This document shows, one piece after another, positions 29,473 to 40,176 of a stretch of DNA of 64,000 nt; within the stretch, counting starts at the first letter, position 1; each line of letters starts with the position of its first letter. Origin of the DNA: Candidatus Bathyarchaeota archaeon. GTDB taxonomy: Archaea; Thermoproteota; Bathyarchaeia; Bathyarchaeales; Bathycorpusculaceae. The notes beneath the pieces are model-generated. The model was not told the DNA's origin. It searched no databases and was given only the letters and a program-made list of their open reading frames with translations. Location: NCBI GenBank assembly GCA_963702095.1, contig OY969706.1, forward strand, positions 192,001-256,000. Reading direction: 5' to 3'. The translations under genes were made by a program, and so were the position numbers.

Positions 29473-30181
29473 GATTGTTCCAATGGCGATGTATATAGTC
29501 AGCCATGGCAGCCAAACTAAAGGGCACTTTCTTGTCTATCTGCCGACTAAGGGAAAAAATGAAATAGAACTTGATTACCAAATGAAAAGCCATGGAAATC
29601 TTTTTCTTGCCTAAAGAGGCGGTGCTCCTGGAGTTTAAGCGTGTAAACGGTTCTTGGCTGGCTAACCAACTACCGCCTCATTCTATGCGATTCAGGAACC
29701 TGGTTCTATCTTTTGAGTAACTTGTTTAGAAGAAGAAAAACGGCTAAATTCCTACGGGAAAATCCGTTCTTCTTCTTTCCAAAACTAGATTAGCCATTGA
29801 GTGATAAAAGAAGAAGACATTACGTGTGTGCAGTGCTTTGTCTTCTTCTTTTAGCGAAGAAGAAAAAACAATTGTGCAGCAACAAATTTTTTCTTCTTTC
29901 AATTTAAAGCCTGACCTAACAAAAGAACAACAACAGATGGCAGTGCATTGTTGTTGTTCTACCGACCAAGTCAAGAGCAACAGTTTACTGATACACCGTG
30001 TGATCGCCTTGTAGGCTTCTGAAGGACGATTTGGGCAAAAAGAAAAGTTACTTAATTGCGTGCTTTTTATGCGGTAAGAATTCTAATTGTTCTTAGGCGG
30101 CGTTTAACGCGGTATCGATACCTAACTTGAAAGGTTATATTTATTGTGACATAATACTATAAAAGTCCAGAGTGGATAAGA

Positions 30182-33100
30182 ACGGCTGACAATAACTCTA
30201 CTGACCGCAATAGCAATCCCTTCTCAACATCTGGGTCGGGTATAACTTTTGAACAATTGGTTGGAACATATTATCTTGTATCGCTTCTATCACAGGAAAT
30301 CCCGCGGGGTATTGAGTACGGAATTTGCGCAGAAGTACGATTCCAACAGCGTTGGGCAGGCTGTTTACTTGATGATATAGTCGTGGTAGCAAGTGATGGA
30401 ACTAAAGAAATGAGACTTGCTACTCAAGTAAAGCATGATTTGACCATTTCTGATGCGACAACAAATACAGTGTGTGCAGAGGTAATAGATGCTTGTTGGA
30501 AGACGTTTAACAGCGCATTATGGAAATTCAATGAAGCAACTGATAGAGTGTGTATAGCACTCGGTATTTCTCAACCACGTTTAGACAAACATTTTAAGCC
30601 TATTTTGGAGTGGGCAAGAGCATCAAGCGATCCAGATGAATTTATACAGAAAGTGTCATCACCGGGATTCTCTTCAAAAGAAAAGCAAGATTATCTCAAG
30701 ATAATGCGAAATCTTTTAGGAAAAGCAAAAGGAAGCGATTTAAAGAATGACGAACTTTGGCGTTTTCTTAAATGTCTTGTCATTTTAGATTTTGATTTAG
30801 AAGTGGAGGGTAGTAGAGATACAACTTATTCTTGGAATCGTCTATTAAATTGTTTAAGAAGGCGTGACTATAATCAGGCGATTTTGCTGTTTAATGAGTT
30901 AAACTCGATTGTAAAAGAATATTCTCGTTGCGCTGGATCAGTTACTCTACAAGCTCTAAGTGCAAAAATTGGCTCAAAAGTGGAATTAAATGACGCACCT
31001 AATTTTAGCTCAGATTTAGTAAACCTGCGAAAGCATACCGACCTAGTTTTGTCTTCAATAAATGATGCTATCGGTCTTAAAATCAGGTTTACCCGAACTG
31101 AACTCGTTGATAAACTTGAATCGGCGGTAAAGCAATCAAATGTTGTTATTATTTCGGATGAACCAATGACTGGTAAGTCAGGGCTGTTAAAGTTATTTGC
31201 AAATCGATTAAGAAGCGATGGCGAAATAATAGCACTTTCGGTAGCAAGGTTTACAGGTTCATCTTTAAACGCTTTTTTACAATCTATCCAAGTAACCAAT
31301 GACTTTGAGGCAATTTTGTCAGCTGTTGGAGGAGCACCCTTTCGTTGCATCTTAATTGACGGATTAGAAAGAGCTAAAGATGATGATAAAAAGCGTGTTC
31401 TCAATGACCTTCTTTTATCCGTTGGAAACTATAATAGGTCAATTTTAGATGCTAAAGGTCACAATGATTATTGCTGGCGAATTGTATGTACGTGCAGGTC
31501 GTCAGAAACCCAAAATATTCTTCTTCATACTGAATTTAGAAAGAATTTAGCGAATAGTTCCCTTAAAACAATAGACGTAGGCAGGCTATCCAACAAAGAA
31601 ATTAAAGAAGTTTCACAAGAGTTTCCAGCACTATCGGACATTATATCAAAGGAAAATTTGAAGGAATTCACATCATTTCCTTTAATCTTGGACATTCTTA
31701 CCCTTCCAAATATAACACTGCCTTCAAAGTCTTTGCCATCAAAAATTACTGAGTCATGGCTACTCAATTGGTATTGGAACGAAATTGTACGATTAGGTGA
31801 AGGAACACGCTACGGTGTAGGAAGCCCTGAGCAAAGAGAAAAAATTTTGCTGGCTCTTGTAATGAAGGCGCTTATGGGTGAAACAGTATGCCTGAGTGAT
31901 ATTAATGAAACTGAAGCGGTATCTGGTTTAATATCTGACAGGCTTGTAATAAAAGAAGGGAATTCTCTTCGATTTTCACACGATGTAATAGAAGATTGGG
32001 CAGCAACCGTGTTATTGAAATACAATGAAAACGATTTGTGCCAATTTTTGCTTAAGTTTAATGATAATCTCTCATTAACACGACCTTTTACCTTGTATCT
32101 AGCCTACATTTTGGAATACGATAGGTCTCCTGATTCTTGGTTTAATATTCTAAACTTACTGGAAAAAGAGAAAGGTCTGTCTCCCCGGTATCGTCAAAGT
32201 GCACTAACAGTTCCACTTATCTCGCCAATGATTCTCGAGATATTGCCGACAATACAACGGTACCTCTTTGAGAATAGCCTGTTGCTGAGAGATTTTTTGA
32301 AGGTTATGCGGACCATCTGTGTTACTCCTGATCCATCGGTGTATTCGATTTTTCACGGTTTGCCCGAAGAAGAACTAGAGAAATATCTCGCATATTGGAC
32401 AATACCTAATGAGAACCAATGGGTTGCAGTCATTGAGTTATTGCTAGAAAAACAAGACATAATAAAGGGCGAAGTCCTTGAGGAATTCTCGTTTATTTGC
32501 GAAAAATGGATGATAGGCTCTATCAATCATAATAATCAGTCACTTAGAAAGAAAATAGCTTTGTTCAGCTTGAGCGTTTTAAACGATGGTTTATTACACG
32601 ATTATGAAGATCAACCAAAAAATCGCTATATTCTTTCAGCACTCTATGCCGCTAACTGTTTGGTTGAAGATATATCACAATTCGTTCAAACTAAAGCATT
32701 AAGAGATAGCAGTCATGAAAACTGGGGCTTTGAGGATCTAATTTTAGAGCAAGGGTGGATACCTATTTGTCGTTTCTTACCCGAAGTAGCAACTGACTTG
32801 CTAAAAGCTATTTTATGTATTGATAAAAGAAATGATGAATTAGAGTATCATGATTTCTTTGAGTTAGGCATAAGGCACAATCACTGGAATCCACCTACCT
32901 ATTTCGAAGGACCATTTCTCGGTTTTCTTAGGCTGCATGAAGAAAAAGGTTTAGAACTTATCACTGCAATTGTTAATCATGCAACTGAGGTCTGGAAAAA
33001 AAGAGAGCAATATGATAACAGAAAACCCCTGCCTCAAATACTGAAAATAGACGATAATACTATTGAGTTATGGGGAGACGATCATGTTTATCAGTGGTAT

Positions 33101-35197
33101 AGGTTTCCAAGCGTAGCACCGGACACGATCACCTGTGCATTAATGGCACTAGAATATTGGATGAATGAACAGATTAAGAATAACAAAAAGACCCCGCAAC
33201 AGCTTTTCAGGGCTGTTTTGATTGACACACAGTCTATTGCCACAGTAGGTGTTTGCGGGTCTGTTGCTTTGGCAAATATCACTGTTTGTCAGGAAACTAT
33301 TTTGCCTATTTTGCAGAACCCAGCATTCTGGATATGCGACAAACAACGGTTAATTGCTGATTCAACAGCTGCAAATTCAGTACAAGCGTTCGCTAAGACT
33401 TTCTCCTTAAATAGACAAAGAGAAAAAAACAATTATCGAATTCTGCTTGAATTAGCGCAACAACCTCACAGAAGGTTAGACTTTAGAGATTTCATTCTAC
33501 GGATTTTACTAGGACCCAAAAGTCTCAGTCAAAAGCTTGTAGAGTCTATGCAGGACTTTCCAAACAAAGTACCTGTATTTTTTGAAGAGGAAAAGCAGAA
33601 CGATGACCTATTAGAGAGCCGCTTAGATGATTGTAAAATTTTGGCAGCCCAAGCTGAAATAAAAAACTATGAAATTTCGGAAATCAATGGGCAAGTTGTA
33701 ATGCAATTCAAAATGCCCTCAGAATTAGAAGAAGAACAAAAAGAACGAACAGCGCGAATTGAAACTAATATTAAGCTATATAATTTTCTTGGTTGGGCAC
33801 TTTCTTCGTTAAATGGTGATAAGAACGTTTCTTTTCCAGATATTGATTCTACCTTTAAGTTTGCTAATGAATTGGTAAGTGAAGATGATCCTAATTACCA
33901 ACCAAAGGACGCTACGGAGTATTCAGAGATGCGGGCTGACGCTATCGCCGCTTTCGCTGCAGCAATAGTGATTAATAACTGGCAATGGATTCAGGACAAT
34001 GAAAAAATTGCGTGGTTCAAAAAACAATTATTAATTGCTGCGACAAGACCCTTACCGCCCTCAGAAATCAACAACCCAATTACTATCTTTCCAATGGGTT
34101 ACCGACGCTCAACTGCACGGGCAATTTGTGTCCTTCAACAAAAAATTAACGATAGAGACGTTAGAAAAAACATTTTGGCTCTATCTATTGATGTTAATAA
34201 TGAAGTAAAATGTTTTCTTTTTAACGGTCTTAAAGGTCTCTGGGTACTTGATTCTAAACTAGTTTGGGAATGCATTGATGCTAATATTAAGAAAGCAAAC
34301 ATTTTTCACGAGTCCAGTAGAAGAATTAGCAATTATTTGCCTACAGAAATAGAGACGGATATTCTTCTACCAGTACTTTGCTGTATTCCATCGGGTAAGG
34401 AAATAACTGAAACATCTCAGGCAAACACTATAATAGATTTTCTTGAACAACTACTGCTTTTTACAATAGCAAGCTATTCTTTTTATCAAGAAAAAGAACA
34501 TGATTACAATCCTTGGGACCACAACGATTGGAATCAGGTCATATTCAGAATAGTGGCCAGTATTGGTCTTCGGATCCCAGATGATATAGCCAAGGCAAAG
34601 TTATTTGACCATATTTTAAAAAACTGGACTAAAAATCCGTCAATGATGGCAACCTTTTTGAGATCATTGCTCTCGGTAGGCTGCACACCTGAACTTGAAG
34701 ACAGACTGGCGAAACTATGGCCGATAATTGGAGATAATATTATTTCAGCGGACCATTCTAGCAATTTATGCGATTTTTCTGAGATAGATAGTTTACTTAT
34801 TTTTGTAGATACACATGGTATTATGTCCTGGAATGTAACGGAATGGAAACCTCTTAGAAGTCTAATACCCTTCATTGAAAAATGGTGCAAAGAACTCGGG
34901 GCTAAGTCAGAATGTTTTCCAAGTTTAGTGAGACTATTAGAGACAATAGGCTTTGAACTGTTTTCTGAATATGGAATAAATTGGCTTTATGATTGTCTGT
35001 CTAGAATCGGCGACAAAGGTTCGGTTTGGCAGCAGGTTTCATTTTCTCTTTCCCAGCTTCTCTCGAATGCTTGGTTTAAACAGAGTGAAAGGATTAAAAA
35101 CGACCCAGAAAGAATGCGTCGTTTTGTTTTCATGGTTGATAAATTAGCAAATCAGGGAGATGCTGCTGCGGTACGATTGCAATCAAAATTGTTGTAA
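30182..35197 (+). CDS. Avs/AVAST-like protein: N-terminal PD-(D/E)xK nuclease, STAND NTPase, long helical C-terminus (start uncertain)
   Basis: In-frame SNPFSTSGSGITFEQ upstream of TTG 30257; LDDIVV...QVKH nuclease motif; EPMTGKS and ILIDGLE Walker motifs; RFSHDVIEDW. Confidence 0.75.
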   Translation, partial: TADNNSTDRNSNPFSTSGSGITFEQLVGTYYLVSLLSQEIPRGIEYGICAEVRFQQRWAGCLLDDIVVVASDGTKEMRLATQVKHDLTISDATTNTVCAEVIDACWKTFNSALWKFNEATDRVCIALGISQPRLDKHFKPILEWARASSDPDEFIQKVSSPGFSSKEKQDYLKIMRNLLGKAKGSDLKNDELWRFLKCLVILDFDLEVEGSRDTTYSWNRLLNCLRRRDYNQAILLFNELNSIVKEYSRCAGSVTLQALSAKIGSKVELNDAPNFSSDLVNLRKHTDLVLSSINDAIGLKIRFTRTELVDKLESAVKQSNVVIISDEPMTGKSGLLKLFANRLRSDGEIIALSVARFTGSSLNAFLQSIQVTNDFEAILSAVGGAPFRCILIDGLERAKDDDKKRVLNDLLLSVGNYNRSILDAKGHNDYCWRIVCTCRSSETQNILLHTEFRKNLANSSLKTIDVGRLSNKEIKEVSQEFPALSDIISKENLKEFTSFPLILDILTLPNITLPSKSLPSKITESWLLNWYWNEIVRLGEGTRYGVGSPEQREKILLALVMKALMGETVCLSDINETEAVSGLISDRLVIKEGNSLRFSHDVIEDWAATVLLKYNENDLCQFLLKFNDNLSLTRPFTLYLAYILEYDRSPDSWFNILNLLEKEKGLSPRYRQSALTVPLISPMILEILPTIQRYLFENSLLLRDFLKVMRTICVTPDPSVYSIFHGLPEEELEKYLAYWTIPNENQWVAVIELLLEKQDIIKGEVLEEFSFICEKWMIGSINHNNQSLRKKIALFSLSVLNDGLLHDYEDQPKNRYILSALYAANCLVEDISQFVQTKALRDSSHENWGFEDLILEQGWIPICRFLPEVATDLLKAILCIDKRNDELEYHDFFELGIRHNHWNPPTYFEGPFLGFLRLHEEKGLELITAIVNHATEVWKKREQYDNRKPLPQILKIDDNTIELWGDDHVYQWYRFPSVAPDTITCALMALEYWMNEQIKNNKKTPQQLFRAVLIDTQSIATVGVCGSVALANITVCQETILPILQNPAFWICDKQRLIADSTAANSVQAFAKTFSLNRQREKNNYRILLELAQQPHRRLDFRDFILRILLGPKSLSQKLVESMQDFPNKVPVFFEEEKQNDDLLESRLDDCKILAAQAEIKNYEISEINGQVVMQFKMPSELEEEQKERTARIETNIKLYNFLGWALSSLNGDKNVSFPDIDSTFKFANELVSEDDPNYQPKDATEYSEMRADAIAAFAAAIVINNWQWIQDNEKIAWFKKQLLIAATRPLPPSEINNPITIFPMGYRRSTARAICVLQQKINDRDVRKNILALSIDVNNEVKCFLFNGLKGLWVLDSKLVWECIDANIKKANIFHESSRRISNYLPTEIETDILLPVLCCIPSGKEITETSQANTIIDFLEQLLLFTIASYSFYQEKEHDYNPWDHNDWNQVIFRIVASIGLRIPDDIAKAKLFDHILKNWTKNPSMMATFLRSLLSVGCTPELEDRLAKLWPIIGDNIISADHSSNLCDFSEIDSLLIFVDTHGIMSWNVTEWKPLRSLIPFIEKWCKELGAKSECFPSLVRLLETIGFELFSEYGINWLYDCLSRIGDKGSVWQQVSFSLSQLLSNAWFKQSERIKNDPERMRRFVFMVDKLANQGDAAAVRLQSKLL

Positions 35198-35332
35198 GGA
35201 GGTCTCCAGAGAAGGCAACGTCCGCGCTACAAAGGCATGTGGCGCCAAAACAGCTATTGTTTATCCGGCTGATGTTTATTTGGTTTCATATTAGTAAAAT
35301 GCTTATATATTATTTTACTTTAATGAAATAAT

Positions 35333-36274
35333 ATGAAAAGTTGCGCTCCCCAATACGCCTTCAACAAAACAGAAATACGGTTGCTTAGGGAGCTCGCTAA
35401 AGGCAAGCAACCGCTCCTACAAATTAAAAGGCTTCTTCAAATAAAACCAGCATTTCTCTCCCGCAATTTGAAAAAGCTCCAGCAGAAGGGAATTATCCAA
35501 ATCGCTGCCGAAGGAAACCAAAAAACCGCATATTTTAGTGAAACTAAGCACGCTTCTCTTCTCAGGGACTTGTTGTTATCCTACGATTTTATGGAGTGGG
35601 AAAACATACTTAGTGGGAAATCAATTGAAATCCTTTTCCGAGCCCTCGATGATGGCGATTTATCAAGTTTTTCAGGCGCTACACTTTGGCGCTACCTCAA
35701 AGAACTTAAAGCAAGAGGCATAATCACAGAAACTCAGAAAGGATACATAATCAATACGCGCTTCGTGATCCTCGCAGATTTCCTAAAAGAATACGAGCGA
35801 TATTTTGTTAACAAGATTTCCAAGACTCTCTCTGAAAACTCTGTTATCCTTTGGCAAAAGGACATGGAATTTCTAGTCAGAGCACCCAAAGCTGTGAAGC
35901 CGCCGTCTGAAGACTTCCATAAAACCGCTACCTCAATCTTCGCTCAATATGATCTTCCGCTTTTCTCAGAATTTGACACCTACTTTTACTCAACAAACAA
36001 AAGAGCAATCAAACCTGAGGATGCTATACTGCATACGCTTGTTGTAGAACCGGGCAATGTGCGATACACAACTTACGCTCTTTTGCTGCTTAAAAAAACC
36101 GAAAAGGAAATCGACAAAACATATTTACTCAAGGAATCTGAAAGATTTAGGCTTAAAAATCAAGTTATCGGTATGCTTGAATTCTTAGAGACTCACACGC
36201 GCCCCGAAGGCCAACCACTACCATTTTGGAACGAATTTATCGCAAAAGCCAATGATTATAAGGTGACGGCGTAA
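35333..36274 (+). CDS. Tandem winged-HTH protein, putative antitoxin/regulator
   Basis: Two wHTH patterns (LSRNLKKLQQKGII; LWRYLKELKARGII); TAATG coupling to the next gene. Confidence 0.75.
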   Translation: MKSCAPQYAFNKTEIRLLRELAKGKQPLLQIKRLLQIKPAFLSRNLKKLQQKGIIQIAAEGNQKTAYFSETKHASLLRDLLLSYDFMEWENILSGKSIEILFRALDDGDLSSFSGATLWRYLKELKARGIITETQKGYIINTRFVILADFLKEYERYFVNKISKTLSENSVILWQKDMEFLVRAPKAVKPPSEDFHKTATSIFAQYDLPLFSEFDTYFYSTNKRAIKPEDAILHTLVVEPGNVRYTTYALLLLKKTEKEIDKTYLLKESERFRLKNQVIGMLEFLETHTRPEGQPLPFWNEFIAKANDYKVTA

Positions 36275-37116
36275 TGGCTCAAAGACGCTCCTTTGACAAG
36301 AACTATCTCAATCAAGAATTCGACAAACTAAACAAGACAACAAAACAGCCTCTTACACTTTATCTTATAGGCGGAGGCGCCATGGCATTCTACGGTCTGA
36401 AAGCTGCTACAAAAGACATAGACATAATCCTCACCGGCCAAGGCGACCTAAACATCCTGCAAACAACCCTAAAAGCCATAGGCTACATAGAGCCCAACCC
36501 AGTACACATTACTAGAGCTTACAATAAAATGCAAACTAACGCCATACTAGAAAACCAAGACGGTTTCAGATGGGACCTGTTTCTTAGCAAAGTCTGCAAT
36601 GCCCTGACTCTATCTGATGAAATGCAGAAAAGAGCAACCCTACTCTACCAAGGCAGCCGCCTAAAAGTTCTCATTGCTTCAAAAGAAGACCTCTTCCTCT
36701 TCAAAGGAATCACCGAGCGAGAAGCTGATCTGGATGATATACGAATTCTTGCCCAATCGGGACTCAACTGGGAAATCATAAGCCGAGAATGCAAAAGCCA
36801 ATCCGAAGCTTCAGGCGTTTGCTGGGAAGATGCACTCTACCAAAACCTCATCGACCTTAAAGCTAAATACGGCATCGAATCTCCAATCGAAAAACCCCTG
36901 CGGAAAGCTGCAGAACAAAAGATTATTGAAACAACGCTGATAAGGCAAATCCAAAAAGGAAACCACACCGTCAAAAGCATAGCAGAAGAAATCAAGGAGC
37001 CGCAGAATTTTATCAGAGAAGAACTGAAGCGATTAGTAAACAGAGGACTAATTACAACAGATAGATCAAACAAGCCCCATAAATTCTTCATTAGTGAAAA
37101 ACAGGGGCCAAAATAA
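36274..37116 (+). CDS. DUF6036/AbiEii-like nucleotidyltransferase with C-terminal wHTH
   Basis: YLIGGGAM...TKDIDI, DLFLFK, READLDD. Confidence 0.8.
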   Translation: MAQRRSFDKNYLNQEFDKLNKTTKQPLTLYLIGGGAMAFYGLKAATKDIDIILTGQGDLNILQTTLKAIGYIEPNPVHITRAYNKMQTNAILENQDGFRWDLFLSKVCNALTLSDEMQKRATLLYQGSRLKVLIASKEDLFLFKGITEREADLDDIRILAQSGLNWEIISRECKSQSEASGVCWEDALYQNLIDLKAKYGIESPIEKPLRKAAEQKIIETTLIRQIQKGNHTVKSIAEEIKEPQNFIREELKRLVNRGLITTDRSNKPHKFFISEKQGPK

Positions 37117-37184
37117 TGACAAGCAAATTATTAGCCTACTTGCGATAATAACGCTTTAATGCCAATTCAGGGAGAATACGAACA

Positions 37185-37424
37185 ATGAACCTTACAAAAA
37201 GAGAACGCGCCATTCTTCAACTTGCAAAGCAAGGATTAAGCGATTATAAGATAGCACGCAAACTCAAGACAGACCCACCAAGCGTAACCCGCTCACGCAA
37301 GAATGCACACAGAAAACTCGCCAATGCCATAACAGACATTGAATGGGCATCAAAAATAGCGGTTCGCGTTTCAGAATTAGACATAATACCGCGTTGCATA
37401 ACTAATTTCAGTTATTTTTTATAA
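37185..37424 (+). CDS. LuxR-type HTH protein
   Basis: LTKRERAILQLAKQGLSDYKIARKL. Confidence 0.75.
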   Translation: MNLTKRERAILQLAKQGLSDYKIARKLKTDPPSVTRSRKNAHRKLANAITDIEWASKIAVRVSELDIIPRCITNFSYFL

Positions 37425-37566
37425 TCTTCATTTTTTAGGTTTAAAAGGAAAAATAATGCCCAATGTTTTTAAAATAAATGACATTATACTCAGATCACTA
37501 CCAGATAGTTCTTTAAATAGGCAAAATTTATCTATCAATTAAGCTTATACAAGCACTAAGCTGACG

Positions 37567-39501
37567 GTGACAACTTTGCTTCTATTGTCTGCTCAAATTG
37601 AGAACTTTAAATCAATTGACAGCTCTAACGAATTTTCTGTCAAACCAGTAACTTGTCTTGTAGGAAAAAACGAAGCGGGAAAAACTACCATACTTCAAGC
37701 ATTGTACAAATTAAACCCGGATATTCCCGAAAAAGGTAACTTTGATGGATTGTTTGATTATCCTAGACGAAAGTGGTCATCGTATAAAGAGCGCAAAGAA
37801 GCTCAGCCAGATAATGTGTTAACAACAAAATGGGAATGTCAACCTTCCGACATTAAAGAATTGGAAGAAAAATTTGGACAAAACATACTAAAAAATAACA
37901 TTGTAACGATAACCAAAGGGTATGATAACCAACTGAAATTTCAGGTTGACATTGATGAAAAACAAGTCCTATTAAATTGGGCTAAAGGAAAGTCTTTTTC
38001 AGAAGACGAAACAGCAGAAGTGAGCAAATATACAACTTTTTCTGGCCTCGCTGCTCTAAAGGAAGCAAACCCTACAGAAATTCAAAAGAAAATTCTAAAT
38101 AATTTAGATACAGATTTTCCTAAAGGTCCACAAACTGCCCTTCTGGAGCTATTAAGGAAACGCTTGCCTGTTTTCCTTTTCTTCTCAGATTTCTCTCGAA
38201 TGGCTGGCAAAGTTTCTTTAAATGACCTCCAATCAAGAAAGAATCAAAATCGTATGGAGCAACCTTACAGAATTTTTGAAGCATTATTAAATCTCGCAGG
38301 AACTACAACAGACCAAATGAACGGCATTCAGAATTCTGAAGCTCTCATAGCTGAATTAGAAGCCATTTCCAATCGACTAACTTCAGAAATCTTTGAATAT
38401 TGGAGTCAAAACAAGAACTTGCAAATTGAATTTCGATTCGAGTGCGGCAGACCCCAAGACCCTGCGCCGTATAACAATGGCTATGTTTTTCACACAAGAA
38501 TATTGAATACCCGACATGGGGTAACTGTAGGTTTCGACGAACGTAGTCAAGGTTTTGTTTGGTTTTTTTCATTTCTTGTCTGGTTTTCCCAACTGAAAAG
38601 AGTTTACGGAGACAACCTGTTTATACTCTTAGATGATCCAGGATTAAGTCTACATGCTCGAGCACAAGCAGATTTATTACGATACATTAAGGAGAAGTTA
38701 CAACCACACTATCAAGTTATCTATACAACGCATTCACCTTTTATGATTGACCCAGAAAATTTACAAAACGTTAGAACCGTAGAAGATGATTTAAAATCCA
38801 AAAAAATTCTGGGAACAAAGGTAAGCGAAAAAGTTCTAGGCACAGACCCTGATACCCTTTTTCCTTTACAAGCAGCGATTGGATATGATATAGCGCAGAC
38901 ACTGTTCATAGGTAAAAATACTCTGTTGGTCGAAGGGCCTTCAGACCTACTCTACCTTAAGCTCTTTTCAAAAGAACTGGAAAGCGCTGGAAGAACACAT
39001 TTAGACTCCAAATGGGCCATAACGCCTTGTGGTGGTGTAGAAAAAATCGCGAGTTTTATGGCTCTGTTTAAGGGCAACAATCTCAATGTCGCAGTACTAA
39101 CAGACTTACATAAAGGCATTAAAACAAGAATTAGAAGCCTTCAGGAGTCCGAAATTCTCAAAGCAGGGCACATTTTTACCGCTGATATGTATGCAGGAAA
39201 AGAAGAAGCCGATATTGAGGACATAATTGGGCGGTCCAACTATATTAAAATAGTAAACGATTGCTACACACTCGATAAAACTCATCAAATGCCTGAAGAG
39301 AACAAACTCGATTCCTCGAAAACAGTACTTGAAGAAGTGGAAACCTACTTGAAAGCAAACGTTCCGGATTTAGAATTTAATCATTATACGCCTGCAATGT
39401 TTCTAACCGAGAATAGAAAAGAACTAAAAACACTACCACAAATAAGCGAAGCTCTGGACCGTTTTGAAAAACTATTCAAAAGCCTAAATGCTTTATTTTA
39501 A
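37567..39501 (+). CDS. OLD-family-like ABC ATPase-TOPRIM nuclease
   Basis: IENFKSI, GKNEAGKT, RSQG, ILLDDPGLSLH, TTHSPF, LLVEGPSD. Confidence 0.85.
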   Translation: MTTLLLLSAQIENFKSIDSSNEFSVKPVTCLVGKNEAGKTTILQALYKLNPDIPEKGNFDGLFDYPRRKWSSYKERKEAQPDNVLTTKWECQPSDIKELEEKFGQNILKNNIVTITKGYDNQLKFQVDIDEKQVLLNWAKGKSFSEDETAEVSKYTTFSGLAALKEANPTEIQKKILNNLDTDFPKGPQTALLELLRKRLPVFLFFSDFSRMAGKVSLNDLQSRKNQNRMEQPYRIFEALLNLAGTTTDQMNGIQNSEALIAELEAISNRLTSEIFEYWSQNKNLQIEFRFECGRPQDPAPYNNGYVFHTRILNTRHGVTVGFDERSQGFVWFFSFLVWFSQLKRVYGDNLFILLDDPGLSLHARAQADLLRYIKEKLQPHYQVIYTTHSPFMIDPENLQNVRTVEDDLKSKKILGTKVSEKVLGTDPDTLFPLQAAIGYDIAQTLFIGKNTLLVEGPSDLLYLKLFSKELESAGRTHLDSKWAITPCGGVEKIASFMALFKGNNLNVAVLTDLHKGIKTRIRSLQESEILKAGHIFTADMYAGKEEADIEDIIGRSNYIKIVNDCYTLDKTHQMPEENKLDSSKTVLEEVETYLKANVPDLEFNHYTPAMFLTENRKELKTLPQISEALDRFEKLFKSLNALF

Positions 39502-39532
39502 TACCAAGAAATCGTTTAAGTAGGGGTCCTCT

Positions 39533-40030
39533 TTAAGCCCCAAAATCCATTTCTGTCTTTCTCCAACTATCCTGACCAAAGCTCGTCATAGCCCAATGCC
39601 AACCTCGCTTCTCTGCAATGTGTTCGCCGAACTCTTTTTCCAAACGCTTATTCATTCGCAAAATCCTTCGGCTTACCTGATGGCGAGTAACCTTAAATCG
39701 TTCCAGCTTCGCCTGCAATTCTTTAGGTAGCAAACCTGGGCTACCAGCTTCAAAGAGTAACTGTAAAATTTCCCGATCCACTTCATCACTACAGGATAGA
39801 CGCTCAATTAGAGATTGCTCAAAATTGAAAGACCCCTTCAGGCCTGCAAAAATCGTTCGAAGTATAAGCTTAACATCTTCGACCTCTGAAAGCGTCTGCT
39901 TGAGTAACTGCTGATTATACTTTAAACGACCTATCTTTTCGCTTTGGCTACGCTTCTTTTTGGTATTCTGAACAGGTTTTTCATTGCTTTCCATTTCAAA
40001 ATGCACACTCCATGTTTTCCGCTCCATCAA
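39533..40030 (-). CDS. Winged-HTH protein
   Basis: DEVDREILQLL...VTRHQVSRRILRMN. Confidence 0.65.
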   Translation of the reverse strand: MMERKTWSVHFEMESNEKPVQNTKKKRSQSEKIGRLKYNQQLLKQTLSEVEDVKLILRTIFAGLKGSFNFEQSLIERLSCSDEVDREILQLLFEAGSPGLLPKELQAKLERFKVTRHQVSRRILRMNKRLEKEFGEHIAEKRGWHWAMTSFGQDSWRKTEMDFGA

Positions 40031-40176
40031 GATATGGCAAAATTAGCAGTGGGTAATCAGGACCAAGCAACTGTAGACAAGTGACTTCTGAAAAGCATGG
40101 ACTTTTCCCATGCCCTGAGCTTAGTGCTAAAAGTGCTTTTGAACAGCTTTTTACTGCCATTAACTCGGAACTTGAG

